DNA from: Eledone cirrhosa
Taxonomy: Eukaryota
Direction: 5' to 3'
Assembly (NCBI GenBank): GCA_964016885.1
Contig: OZ024741.1
Location: 115,258,001 to 115,322,000 of the forward strand
DNA length: 64,000 nt
Shown here: positions 13,169 to 24,259 of the stretch, piece after piece
How the letters are laid out: the number at the start of each line of letters is the position of its first letter
Position numbering within the stretch: position 1 is the first letter of the stretch
The notes under the pieces: generated by a model
Seen by the model: the letters and a program-made list of their open reading frames with translations, nothing else
The model's database searches: none
What the model was told of the DNA's origin: nothing
Made by a program: the position numbers and the translations under genes

Positions 13169-15693
13169 CTTGCACCCTCCACCCCTATCCGCTAATCCCA
13201 CACAGTCCCAGCGTGCATCTAAGATCCCGTTCCAGTCGCCCACTAACACTAAAGAGCGGGACGTTCCAAGAAAGGTCTCCAGACGCCGGAAGAAATCAGG
13301 CCGCCCTGCTCCTGTCGGGGCATAGACGGCCACTAGCCTGAAAGCTTGCCCGTCTCCGCTAGAGTGGAAAAGATGGGAAAGACCACTTACCGTACTTTTG
13401 GTAGAGGAGGGATGGTTTTTACATCCCTTTTCACTTGATCGTCTGGTGAAGGGACCGTTGAATCGTCCCTTCGGCTGGTCGTCGGCTCTTCTAAGAGAAT
13501 GTCTGAGTATACTCTTCGATTGATGGTTCCTCCTAGATCCCTGAAATCACCAACTGCGTTGGGGAATTTCGTTTTAATGTTTGTGTATTGTTTCTGTGCT
13601 ATTTTTAGCAGTCTTATGTTAGTTGGCGTTTTGATTGGTGCTGGTATTATGTAGTCCTGTTGTGAAATGTCTGTGTGTTCAATTATGTAAGTCATTAGTT
13701 TCTTGTTGTGTGTATTTATTGCCGTGCATTTGTTTTTCTGGGGGTGGGGTGTGGTTCTGCTATTTTCTTGTCGTTGTTGCTGGGTGTGTGTGTTTTGTTG
13801 TTGTGTTTGCGATGTTGGTGCTTGTGGTGGTGGTGTTGAAGGTGTTGTTGGCGGTGGGGTTGTCGCCGGTGGTGATGGTGGTGCTAGTGTGGGTGGTGAT
13901 GGTGTTGGTGTTGTTGCTGCTGTGGGTCTCTTTGCACTAGACTTTACCCTTTTCTCATTTCTTTCCTCCCTTTTCAAAGGCGACGATGCGCTGCTTCTGC
14001 GTTTGTGCCTTCTTACGACCTTTTGCCATCCCTCTCCCACCTCACACTCCATGTCTGATTCTGTGAGGTCGGGGAGGGGTACCAGCTCCACTCTTTCACT
14101 TGTTGTTGTTGGTGATGTTTGCACTGGAGTCTCTGTTGCAGCTGCATTTGGTATTGCTGTTGTTGTTGTTAATATTTCCACTGCTGCTGTTTTTGATTTC
14201 CGTGGAGTGAGTATGGGTGCCACGGGCCTATCGTTCCTGGTTGCCGCTTGTCCTGTTGCTGGTAGCCGTGGAGCCGGATTCGGAAGGAGGGGGGTTTTCT
14301 CCTTTCTCAGGGTCTTCTCGTTGCAGAAGGCCCTGAGGTGAGTCTTCGATCCACAGCGAAAGCATTTCGGGCATTTGCCCTCAACACTTATGGGCAGTTG
14401 AGTGCCGTTATCGAAGTCTATCACATCCGGGATAGCTTCGATGCACTCCTGGTTGGTTTGGATTAGCATCTCAATGGAGGAGCCGACCCAATCTTCTCTT
14501 ACTTTTTTCTGTACTTGCAGTACAGTTGTTTTGTCCTCGATTCCGACGAGGACAGACGCGGCCAGCCAAGAAGGGGTCATTCCGGGGGGGACGTGGGTCA
14601 GTTTGACCCTCACAATTTTTTGCCCGCAGTAGGAGGGCACCAACACCATTTCCTCGCTCCTTAGGGTCACTACTGATTGGGCCTTTGCCTCCTGGGGTGT
14701 GGCAAAAAGTACGTCTACGGTGGCATATTTTTTGCCTCGGGTGATGTGCGTTTTCCGCTGCCACACAGACCCCAAGGCTTTTTGTATTTGGGCCTCTGTG
14801 GCTCTTTCCACCCTACGGGATTTTGTACTTACTGTACGGTACGTGACCGTACAGTGCTCTTGGGTTTCGAAAAACTTTTCCGCTGCCTTGCAGATTGCTC
14901 GGTGTCCGTTCTTTGTCACCATCTTCTTCGCTTCCTCTAATTCCTCATTTGTTATGAGGATTGTTTCCAAGTTTTTCGCCATACCTGCAAATGAGATTGG
15001 TTTTTCTCTGCTGTTGTTGTCGTCAGAGCTGCTGGTACTTTTGTTGTTGCTGCAGGTACTACGACTACTGCCTCCGCCGCTGTTGCTGTGGTTGTTGTTG
15101 GTGTTGCTGCTGCTAATGCTGTTGTTGTTTATGCTGCTGGTGATGCTGTTGCGGCTGCTACTGTTGTTTTCATTGTCACTGTTGCTGTTGTTATTACGGC
15201 TGCTACTGCTATTATTCCTGACGTCAGACGAATGAACTGGGTTTTCGTATTTCCCGCACACCTGTTTCGTCGCTGTCGTCGTCGTCGTGGAGAAACCTTG
15301 CACGCTTTGCACAAGACTTTTCTTTTCTTTCGTCACTTGCGAAAGAGAAGGGAGGGAGAGAGACACATTTAAAGAAGGGAGGGAGAGAGACAATCTTCTC
15401 TCTGCTGTAGTGATGATTGAGGAAGAAGAAGACGGAATGAGTGGGAGTGACGTATGAAATTTCTTTTTCGTAGCCATGTTGTTTTTTTGTTTAAAATGAA
15501 ATTTTGGGTACAAAACCCCAATAACTGGTTATTTAACCCCGAAAGGCCAAATAACGGACAGAAAGACCCCTCTCACGAGGAGGAGGGTGTCTTTATCAAC
15601 AATTTGGTTCAAGTTTTAAACAATTTACAATTGTTTTAACGGTTAAAAATTACTATACCTTACAGAGCCGAGCCTCCGTCAACCATGGCATTC
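13169..15693 (-). mobile_element. Tx1/L1-clade element, family D copy 1 (most of ORF2 and the 3' end deleted)
   Basis: Near-identical to 21639-24473, with an extra deletion of about 300 bp at 13360. Confidence 0.92.
13387..15477 (-). CDS. ORF1 of D1 (nucleic-acid-binding; CCHC knuckle, low-complexity tracts)
   Basis: Open frame of about 700 aa starting MATKKKF; CFRCGSKTHLRAFC. Confidence 0.85.
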   Translation of the reverse strand: MATKKKFHTSLPLIPSSSSSIITTAERRLSLSLPSLNVSLSLPSLSQVTKEKKSLVQSVQGFSTTTTTATKQVCGKYENPVHSSDVRNNSSSSRNNNSNSDNENNSSSRNSITSSINNNSISSSNTNNNHSNSGGGSSRSTCSNNKSTSSSDDNNSREKPISFAGMAKNLETILITNEELEEAKKMVTKNGHRAICKAAEKFFETQEHCTVTYRTVSTKSRRVERATEAQIQKALGSVWQRKTHITRGKKYATVDVLFATPQEAKAQSVVTLRSEEMVLVPSYCGQKIVRVKLTHVPPGMTPSWLAASVLVGIEDKTTVLQVQKKVREDWVGSSIEMLIQTNQECIEAIPDVIDFDNGTQLPISVEGKCPKCFRCGSKTHLRAFCNEKTLRKEKTPLLPNPAPRLPATGQAATRNDRPVAPILTPRKSKTAAVEILTTTTAIPNAAATETPVQTSPTTTSERVELVPLPDLTESDMECEVGEGWQKVVRRHKRRSSASSPLKREERNEKRVKSSAKRPTAATTPTPSPPTLAPPSPPATTPPPTTPSTPPPQAPTSQTQQQNTHTQQQRQENSRTTPHPQKNKCTAINTHNKKLMTYIIEHTDISQQDYIIPAPIKTPTNIRLLKIAQKQYTNIKTKFPNAVGDFRDLGGTINRRVYSDILLEEPTTSRRDDSTVPSPDDQVKRDVKTIPPLPKVR

Positions 15694-15744
<51 letters not shown>
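15694..15744. repeat. (AAT)n tract
   Basis: Perfect run between D1 and A2. Confidence 0.98.
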
Positions 15745-18407
15745 CTAGATTCTATAAGGACAATAATATGTTCAAAAACAACCAAAGAAACTTCTACAGA
15801 AAAATTGGTAAGTCAACAATAACTGCTAAATCAATACCACCCAAGGAGGAAGTGCAAGAATTCTAGGAAAAGATCTGGGCCGAAGAAAAAGTTCATAACA
15901 TACATGCCCCATGGATAGACAGACAAATGAAAGAAACAGCTCACCTTGAAGAACAAACATGGGAAAATATAACAGTTGAACAGCTGCGCTTGGCTCTGAG
16001 AAAAACCAGCAAATGGAAATCCCCAGGAAAAGAGAAAATACAAAATCTTTGGATAAATGCCTTCACAGAGTCTCATGAGCTGTTAGCCCAACTTTACAAT
16101 GAAATAGTTAAGGAGCCAGAAAAGATACCATCATGGCTAGTTAACGGCATTACATTCCTGCTACCGAAGAATGATGAGACAAACAATCCCAAAAATTACA
16201 GACCGATAACCTGCTTGACCACAATGTATAAAATTTTAACATCAGTCCTAACTGAATACACATATGACCACCTGATAACAAATGACCTATTTCCCATTGA
16301 GCAGAAAGGGTGTAAACGAGGCTCATATGGCTGTAAGGATCAGCTTCTGGTTAACAAAATGATACTGGAAGATTGTCATAATAGACACAAAAATCTATCG
16401 ATTGCTTGGATAGATTATAAAAAAGCATTTGATAGTTTGCCACACAGTTGGATTGAAAAATGTTTAGAGATTTTCAAAATATCCCCCGTTGTCAGGAGAT
16501 TTTTGTCATTCAGTATGAGGACATGGAGAACGACACTCCTTTTGAATAGTGAAACAAAATCACTGGAATCTGGAGAAGTTAACATTAATTGTGGAATTTT
16601 TCAGGGTGACTCTTTATCACCGCTTTTATTCTGCATCGCACTTATACCATTAAGTAAAATGCTCAATGAAACAAAACATGGATATAGAGTCTATGACAAA
16701 ACCATTAATCACCTGTTCTACATGGATGACCTAAAACTATTTGCAAAAAATGATGAACAATTGCAAGGGCTATTATCCACTGTGAAGCAGTTCAGTGATG
16801 ACATTAAAATGGAGTTTGGACTGGATAAATGCGCCAAAGCAACGTTCACCAGAGGAAAGCTGCTGAAGAGTTCAGACATTAATCTTGATCGGGGGAACGT
16901 GATAAGAGAGCTTGATCAAGAACAAACTTACAAATATCTAGGTGTTTGTGAAGGAGACGGAATCAAGCACTCGACAATGAGGGAAAGGATAAGGAAGGAA
17001 TGTTACCGCAGAGTCAGAGCAATCTTAAGAACGGAATTGAATGCAAGGAATAGGATCGATGCCATAAACACGCTTGCCATACCAGTAGTAACCTACAGTT
17101 ACAATGTCATCAACTGGTCAAGCACACAGATCCGTAGGCTCGATACAAAAATCCGAAAATTCTTAACCATGCACAGAATGCATCACCCTAAGGCAGACAT
17201 AGATAGAATATATCTCCCTAGGAAAGAAGGAGGACGTGGGTTAATCCAGTTAGACATTGCGTTGAAAACTGCAACAATTGGATTATCCACATATCTAAGG
17301 GAATCACATGATTGGATGATCAAACTCGTTTTGAAACACGAAAGCACCAAAAGATCATATTCCATTACAAAAGATGCACAAAGATACAGTAATGGACTAC
17401 AAATTTCAGAAGTCCCATTTACTGCTGAAATGGAAAACACAGAAAAAGCAAAGCAGGTAAAAGTAACTGCAAAGAAAGAACTGCTACAGAAACTGGCTAA
17501 GAAATGGCAAGAAAAGCCTTTGTATGGAAAATACCCAGAGCGAGCTAACAATCCTGATGTTGACAAAACTTTAACCCATCAGTGGTTGGCATCCTCTTGT
17601 CTGAAATCGGAGACTGAAGGACTGATTATATCCGCACAAGATCAGTGTCTGCCAACAAAATATTACCAAGCCAACATAATAAAAAATGGGTGCAGCCCAT
17701 TATGCCGTGTATGCAAAAAACAACCAGAGACCATTGACCATATAATTTCAATGTGCAGTCCTATAGCTCCAACCGAATACCTAAACAGGCATGACAGAGC
17801 TGCACAATGCATACATTGGATAATGTGTAAGCATTTTGACCTGCCCCATCAAAAGAATTGGTGGGAGCATCAACCACCTCCCATACTTGAAAAAGATCAC
17901 ATCTAAATCTTGTGCAACTTTAGCATCGAAACAGACCGAAAAATAGATGCAAATAGACCTGATATAATATTGAAGGACTTTCAAAGGAGGGTATGCCTGC
18001 TAATTGATATGTCTGTTCCAATAGACAAGAATGTATCTATAAAAACATTTGAAAAATTGAGCAAGTATAAGGACCTGGAGATAGAAATTGGAAAAATGTG
18101 GAAATTGAGAACTAAAACAATACCAGTGGTTGTAGGCGCTCTGGGAATGATACCTAAGGGGTCTAACGACTACTTATCGCAAATCCCAGGAAACCCGCGT
18201 ATAGGAGAAATACAAAAGATAGTACTAATGGGAACTGCCCATATACTAAGGAAGATTCTGTCAATATAAGTACATCACAAGTCTAAACACTAAGGATGCA
18301 TGTGTGAATATGTGTGTTCTTTCTTGAACATGGCGGACCTTGTTGTCTCTTGAGGTCACTGGTTGTGACTTGGTGATAACTCGTATAAACATAAAGCAAG
18401 ATAAATG
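15745..18407 (+). mobile_element. R4/Dong family A copy 2, 5'-truncated
   Basis: Starts at the position equivalent to about 535 of A1; RT ORF 15927-17906, TAA, then RLE 17910-18269; ends in (AAT)n. Confidence 0.93.

Positions 18408-18445
<38 letters not shown>
18408..18445. repeat. (AAT)n tract
   Basis: Run between the 3' ends of A2 and D2. Confidence 0.98.
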
Positions 18446-18447
<2 letters not shown>

Positions 18448-18707
18448 TTTCTTTATTAACCACAAGGGTTTACATAAAGTAGACATTAAGGACAGTGCAG
18501 GACAATGCAGGACGGTACAAATGGGCATTTCTGCGTGTAAAAAAACAAAAACAGAGGATGTAACAAAAATAACAATGAAAATAACAATGAAAAATTCCCC
18601 AATAGGGGGGAGACTTCGGAGGGACATTTGTGGAGAAAGCCCAGTAAAAAGCCACAATGACCCTGACCACCAAGGCAAGTGCCCTCTCCCAGTTTTCCAC
18701 CTTTAGT

Positions 18708-21700
18708 TTACAGATATATACTCAGAGTCGGCCCATTCACTCGGGCCATTCTTGCTTCTCTCACCCATCTTTCAACAAAATGCTGGGAAGAGAGCACTTC
18801 CTTCTCTACTCTGATTTTCCTTTTCAAATGAAATTTGAAAAAGTCAATCAGAGCATCACCGAAGAGGTAAGTGCTCGTCTTCAGCCCTTTCAAACGTGTC
18901 CACCATACTATCTCTTTCGCCATGGCCACCAGACAGATAAAAACTGCCTGCCCTTCCCGGCTAAAGGAGGAGGGCGGGGCAATCCTCACGATAGACTCAG
19001 ATGATAGCTGGATCCGTCCTAAACGCGACAGCAGGTGTTCGACATAAACCCACAAGTCAGCAATTTTCGGACACTGGACGAGTGCGTGCAGGACGGTTTC
19101 GTCGCCCTGCGCGCATCTCGGACATGCCCGGCTGACGGCACCTCCATGCCTGTAGAGTTTATCCCGAACTGGCAAGGCTCCTCGGTAGCACTGCCAGGCC
19201 AGAGATTTCTGGAAGTTGTCCATAGGCCCTGGCCCGAAAGTTCTTCCGAAGAGATTGGCTAGTTGATTTTCGTCGACGCCTAGAGTTTCCCCAAGTACGT
19301 CGTCGCTCTTCCCCTCCACTAATCCTCTATAGAACGCCGAGGTGGAGTTTCCACCGATCACATTGCCCGATTGGTCGAGGGCTGTGAGCGCCTGAAGACA
19401 TTCCAGTCTCCAGGCGCTCCCTCTCGGTCTTCGCTTGACCCAGGACTGCAGCTCCGTCAAGGAAACGAGCTGGGGAAAAACGCGTCTAGCAAACGGCGAC
19501 CACACCTGATCACCGTCGAGGAAGAGGTGGAGATGTCGTAGCCTGAGCGCGTGCCTGCGCATCATCAGCCACGGCATGCCCAGCCCTCCACGTAGCGGGT
19601 GTTGACAACAGATGGACCGCCTGACCATCGGAGCACGTCCCTTCCACAAAAAGCGAAAGAGCAAACGCTCCAGCGCAGTCAGGCGAGGCTTAGGACAAGG
19701 TACGACGGTTAGGCGGTAGCAGATGACAGACGCGATGTACGCGTTAGCCACCTCCGCTCGACCTTTCAGGGATAGCTTCCTCTCCGCCCATTTCTGGGTG
19801 AGAGAAGCCACCCTGCTCGTCACCTCGTCCCAGTTTTTGTCCGTCTGGAGGTCCGGACCGAACCAGACCCCTAGCAATTTAACCGGTCCGTCCGTCCAGC
19901 GCCCGACGACGCTGTTGGACGGCATGGACCTGCCTCTCCAGGTGCCGAGCTGCAGGCCCACTGACTTTTCCTGGTTGATCATTGCTCCTGTCACCGCTTC
20001 GTATTCTCTTAGTGTAGTGCCGATCGCCTCGATGTGTTTGGCGTTCGACACCACTACGGTGACATCGTCCGCATATGCTGACACGGATCTTCCGCATCCT
20101 AGTTCGCGCGGGACTCCCCTCAACGTCTCCAGTTTGTGCAGTAATGGCTCGAGAGTCAATACGTACAAGAGGGACGAGAGGGGACATCCTTGGCGGACCG
20201 AGCGCATGATGTTGAACGGTTCCGACAGGTGACCGTTCACTCTCACCACAGAGCAGATGTCGCTGTGCATGGCAGCGATCCAGCCTCTGAAGACGGGCCC
20301 AAAGCCAGCCGCCCTCAGGACTGCCGCTAGGTAACGATGGTCGACCCTATCGAAAGCTTTCGACTGATCTAAATTGATCAAGGACCCACCCGTGCCAGGT
20401 TCCCTAGCTACCCTCTCTACGATGTATCGCATGAGGTGGAGGTTGTCGTGGATGGATCTGTCGGGAATGGCGCATGTCTGCGCCTCTCCCACCAGACCAC
20501 CAACGACAAGCGCCAACCTCTTTGCTAGCACCTTGGCCAAAATCTTAAACTCTGTGTTTAGCAGAGTTATGGGCCGGAAATTGTCTATGTTATCCCCCTT
20601 GTTCGGATCCTTTCTCAGCAGTGCCACCGCTCCTCGGCTCACAGAACTGGGAATTCTCCCGTTCTGTTGCCAGTTGCAGTAGACGTCCGCCAAGAGGCCT
20701 CCGAACAAGTCTGGCATCTGTACGTAAAGTTCATAGGGCAGACCATCCAAACCAGGTGATTTACCCCTTGTGCAGCCAGTCATTGCCTCCCGTACTTCAG
20801 CGGCTGTTATCGGCTTTTCGCAACACCTCGCCTCAGTGGCCGAGAGCCGCGGCAGCCCGTCGAGGTAGACACTAAAGTCCATCCCTCTACCCGGCCCCCC
20901 GCTGCCCCCGAACAGCTGAGCGAAGTGTCGCTGAAAAGCTTCACACATTTGCCCGGGATCGAGTAGCATGCGCCCGTCGTGGTCCACCAAAGACCGGATC
21001 GTGGCTTTGTTGCCACGACGCGCCTCCGCCACTCGGGCCCATTGAACGGCTTTCGTCCCCTCGTGTCTGAGAGCACGCACCCTAGCTCTGACAACGCAGC
21101 CTTCGTGCTTTGCATTGAAGAATTGGTCAAGGGCCAATTTCGCCGCAAGCACGTCGGTCGCAATGCCTTTGCTAAGCGCCTCGTCTAATTTTCTAACTAG
21201 TTCTCCCTCTGCTCTATTTTTCTCTATTGCTAAAGCCTTACTAAACCTAATCGATTCTATTCTAATCGCTCTTTTCAGAGCAAACCACCACTTGTTGTTG
21301 ACGATGGCCCCCGTCAACGCCCGCTTAACTAGTTCGCTAATCCGGTCTCTGTAGGCCTTGCGCGCTGGTAAGGACGCGTTTAGCTTCCAGTAGCCGGGTC
21401 CTCGTCTATGAAGCCTATCTAAGTCAAGCACACAGGTCACGAATTTGTGGTCCGTGTAGCTGACTATCTTGAATTGTGGACAGCCTATGCTAGACCTATC
21501 TATTTGCCTACAAAATACTCTATCTAGATATGATCTGGATGACCCTATGCGGTTTGTCCAAGTCCACATTGGCACATTCGGGAAATCCAATCGGTACCTG
21601 TCAGACAGTTCAAAACGCCTGAGCAGGTTGGTGAGGCTCTTGCACCCTCCACCCCTATCCGCTAATCCCACACAGTCCCAGCGTGCATCTAAGATCCCGT

Positions 21701-22127
21701 TCCAGTCGCCCACTAACACTAAAGAGCGGGACGTTCCAAGAAAGGTCTCCAGACGCCGGAAGAAATCAGGCCGCCCTGCTCCTGTCGGGGCATAGACGGC
21801 CACTAGCCTGAAAGCTTGCCCGTCTCCGCTGGTCACGTCCAGCACCACCAGCTTACCCTCTGGGTCCAGGAAGATGGCCCGTATGGCGAGATCCAAACCT
21901 CTCCGAAAAAGTACAGCAACTCCTCCACCGGATCCAGGACGGCTGGGAGATGCGTACACATCGTAGCCGCCGAAGATCGGTGCGAAGGCCCGTGCTTCGG
22001 AGATTCTGGTCTCGCTGATGGCCACTACATCTATGTTTAGTGACCTGAGGTCGTTGAGCAGGTGACCCTGCTTCCATGACGACCCCAAGCCACGCGCATT
22101 TATGCTGCCTATTCTGAGTGAGGTCAT
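18708..22127 (-). CDS. ORF2: APE endonuclease + reverse transcriptase + C-terminal Cys/His motif
   Basis: INARGL, AISETR, VYAP, GDWN, SYLDR, TDH; SPGLDG, FRPITLLN, DQSKAFD, QGCPLS, YADD; CPRC..ETVLHALVQC. Confidence 0.95.
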   Translation of the reverse strand: MTSLRIGSINARGLGSSWKQGHLLNDLRSLNIDVVAISETRISEARAFAPIFGGYDVYASPSRPGSGGGVAVLFRRGLDLAIRAIFLDPEGKLVVLDVTSGDGQAFRLVAVYAPTGAGRPDFFRRLETFLGTSRSLVLVGDWNGILDARWDCVGLADRGGGCKSLTNLLRRFELSDRYRLDFPNVPMWTWTNRIGSSRSYLDRVFCRQIDRSSIGCPQFKIVSYTDHKFVTCVLDLDRLHRRGPGYWKLNASLPARKAYRDRISELVKRALTGAIVNNKWWFALKRAIRIESIRFSKALAIEKNRAEGELVRKLDEALSKGIATDVLAAKLALDQFFNAKHEGCVVRARVRALRHEGTKAVQWARVAEARRGNKATIRSLVDHDGRMLLDPGQMCEAFQRHFAQLFGGSGGPGRGMDFSVYLDGLPRLSATEARCCEKPITAAEVREAMTGCTRGKSPGLDGLPYELYVQMPDLFGGLLADVYCNWQQNGRIPSSVSRGAVALLRKDPNKGDNIDNFRPITLLNTEFKILAKVLAKRLALVVGGLVGEAQTCAIPDRSIHDNLHLMRYIVERVAREPGTGGSLINLDQSKAFDRVDHRYLAAVLRAAGFGPVFRGWIAAMHSDICSVVRVNGHLSEPFNIMRSVRQGCPLSSLLYVLTLEPLLHKLETLRGVPRELGCGRSVSAYADDVTVVVSNAKHIEAIGTTLREYEAVTGAMINQEKSVGLQLGTWRGRSMPSNSVVGRWTDGPVKLLGVWFGPDLQTDKNWDEVTSRVASLTQKWAERKLSLKGRAEVANAYIASVICYRLTVVPCPKPRLTALERLLFRFLWKGRAPMVRRSICCQHPLRGGLGMPWLMMRRHALRLRHLHLFLDGDQVWSPFARRVFPQLVSLTELQSWVKRRPRGSAWRLECLQALTALDQSGNVIGGNSTSAFYRGLVEGKSDDVLGETLGVDENQLANLFGRTFGPGPMDNFQKSLAWQCYRGALPVRDKLYRHGGAVSRACPRCAQGDETVLHALVQCPKIADLWVYVEHLLSRLGRIQLSSESIVRIAPPSSFSREGQAVFICLVAMAKEIVWWTRLKGLKTSTYLFGDALIDFFKFHLKRKIRVEKEVLSSQHFVERWVREARMARVNGPTLSIYL

Positions 22128-22162
22128 GTTTAAAATAGAGTGGAAAAGATGGGAAAGACCAC

Positions 22163-24259
22163 TTACCGTATTTTTGGTAGAGGAGGGATGGTTTTTACAT
22201 CCCTTTTCACTTGATCGTCTGGTGAAGGGACCGTTGAATCGTCCCTTCGGCTGGTCGTCGGCTCTTCTAAGAGAATGTCTGAATATACTCTTCGATTAAT
22301 GGTTCCTCCTAGGTCCCTGAAATCACCAACTGCGTTGGGGAATTTCGTTTTAATGTTTGTGTATTGTTTCTGTGCTATTTTTAGCAGTCTTATGTTAGTT
22401 GGCGTTTTGATTGGTGCTGGTATTATGTAGTCCTGTTGTGAAATGTCTGTGTGTTCAATTATGTAAGTCATTAGTTTCTTGTTGTGTGTGTTTATTGCCG
22501 TGCATTTGTTTTTCTGGGGGTGGGGTGTGGTTCTGCTATTTTCTTGTCGTTGTTGCTGGGTGTGTGTGTTTTGTTGTTGTGTTTGCGATGTTGGTGCTTG
22601 TGGTGGTGGTGTTGAAGGTGTTGTTGGCGGTGGGGTTGTCGCCGGTGGTGATGGTGGTGCTGGTGTGGGTGGTGATGGTGTTGGTGGTGTTGCTGCTGTG
22701 GGTCTCTTTGCAGTAGACTTTACCCTTTTCTCATTTCTTTCCTCCCTTTTCAAAGGCGACGATGCGCTGCTTCTGCGTTTGTGCCTTCTTGAGACCTTTT
22801 GCCATCCCTCTCCCACCTCACACTCCATGTCTGATTCTGTAAGGTCGGGGAGGGGTACCAGCTCCACTCTTTCACTTGTTGTTGTTGGTGCTGTTTGCAC
22901 TGGAGTCTCTGTTGCAGCTGCATTTGGTATTGCTGTTGTTGTTGTTAATATTTCCACTGCTGCTGCTGTCTTTGATTTCCGTGGAGTGGGTATGGGTGCC
23001 ACGGACCTATCGTTCCTGGTTGCCGCTTGTCCTGTTGCTGGTAGCCGTGGAACCGGATTCGGGAGGAGGGGGGTTTTCTCCTTTCTCAGGGTCTTCTCGT
23101 TGCAGAAGGCCCTGAGGTGAGTCTTCGATCCACAGCGAAAGCATTTCGGGCGTTTGCCCTCAACACTTATGGGCAGTTGAGTGCCGTTATCGAAGTCTAT
23201 CACATCCGGGATAGCTTCGATGCACTCCTGGTTGGTTTGGATTAGCATCTCAATGGAGGAGCCGACCCAATCTTCTCTTACTTTTTTCTGTACTTGCAGT
23301 ACAGTTGTTTTGTCCTCGATTCCGACGAGGACAGACGCGGCCAGCCAAGAAGGGGTCATTCCGGGGGGGACGTGGGTCAGTTTGACCCTCACAATTTTTT
23401 GCCCGCAGTAGGAGGGCACCAACACCATTTCCTCGCTCCTTAGGGTCACTACTGATTGGGCCTTTGCCTCCTGGGGTGTGGCAAAAAGTACGTCTACGGT
23501 GGCGTATTTTTTGCCTCGGGTGATGTGCGTTTTCCTCTGCCACACAGACCCCAAGGCTTTTTGTATTTGGGCCTCTGTGGCTCTTTCCACCCTACGGGAT
23601 TTTGTACTTACTGTACGGTACGTGACCGTACAGTGCTCTTGGGTTTCGAAAAATTTTTCCGCTGCCTTGCAGATTGCTCGGTGTCCGTTCTTTGTAACCA
23701 TCTTCTTCGCTTCCTCTAATTCCTCATTTGTTATGAGGATTGTTTCCAAGTTTTTCGCAATACCTGCAAATGAGATTGGTTTTTCTCTGCTGTTGTTGTT
23801 GTCGTCAGAGCTGCTGGTACTTTTGTTGTTGCTGCAGGTACTACGACTACTGCCTCCGCCGCTGTTGCTGTGGTTGTTGTTGGTGTTGCTGCTGCTAATG
23901 CTGTTGTTGTTTATGCTGCTGGTGATGCTGTTGCGGCTGCTACTGTTGTTTTCATTGTCACTGTTGCTGTTGTTATTACGGCTGCTACTGCTATTATTCC
24001 TGACGTCAGACGAATGAACTGGGTTTTCGTATTTCCCGCACACCTGTTTCGTCGCTGTCGTCGTCGTCGTGGAGAAACCTTGCACGCTTTGCACGAGACT
24101 TTTCTTTTCTTTCGTCGCTTGCGAAAGAGAAGGGAGGGAGAGAGACACATTTAAAGAAGGGAGGGAGAGAGACAATCTTCTCTCTGCTGTAGTGATGATT
24201 GAGGAAGAAGAAGACGGAATGAGTGGGAGTGACGTATGAAATTTCTTTTTCGTAGCCAT
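22163..24259 (-). CDS. ORF1 of D2
   Basis: 698-aa ORF with CX2CX4HX4C knuckle and Ser/Asn- and Pro/Thr-rich tracts. Confidence 0.9.
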   Translation of the reverse strand: MATKKKFHTSLPLIPSSSSSIITTAERRLSLSLPSLNVSLSLPSLSQATKEKKSLVQSVQGFSTTTTTATKQVCGKYENPVHSSDVRNNSSSSRNNNSNSDNENNSSSRNSITSSINNNSISSSNTNNNHSNSGGGSSRSTCSNNKSTSSSDDNNNSREKPISFAGIAKNLETILITNEELEEAKKMVTKNGHRAICKAAEKFFETQEHCTVTYRTVSTKSRRVERATEAQIQKALGSVWQRKTHITRGKKYATVDVLFATPQEAKAQSVVTLRSEEMVLVPSYCGQKIVRVKLTHVPPGMTPSWLAASVLVGIEDKTTVLQVQKKVREDWVGSSIEMLIQTNQECIEAIPDVIDFDNGTQLPISVEGKRPKCFRCGSKTHLRAFCNEKTLRKEKTPLLPNPVPRLPATGQAATRNDRSVAPIPTPRKSKTAAAVEILTTTTAIPNAAATETPVQTAPTTTSERVELVPLPDLTESDMECEVGEGWQKVSRRHKRRSSASSPLKREERNEKRVKSTAKRPTAATPPTPSPPTPAPPSPPATTPPPTTPSTPPPQAPTSQTQQQNTHTQQQRQENSRTTPHPQKNKCTAINTHNKKLMTYIIEHTDISQQDYIIPAPIKTPTNIRLLKIAQKQYTNIKTKFPNAVGDFRDLGGTINRRVYSDILLEEPTTSRRDDSTVPSPDDQVKRDVKTIPPLPKIR

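Noticed and set aside
15560-15595. CCTCCTCGTG on -, resembling an HDV-like ribozyme L3
   Set aside because: Folds as a simple hairpin; no P1/P2 nested pseudoknot could be built
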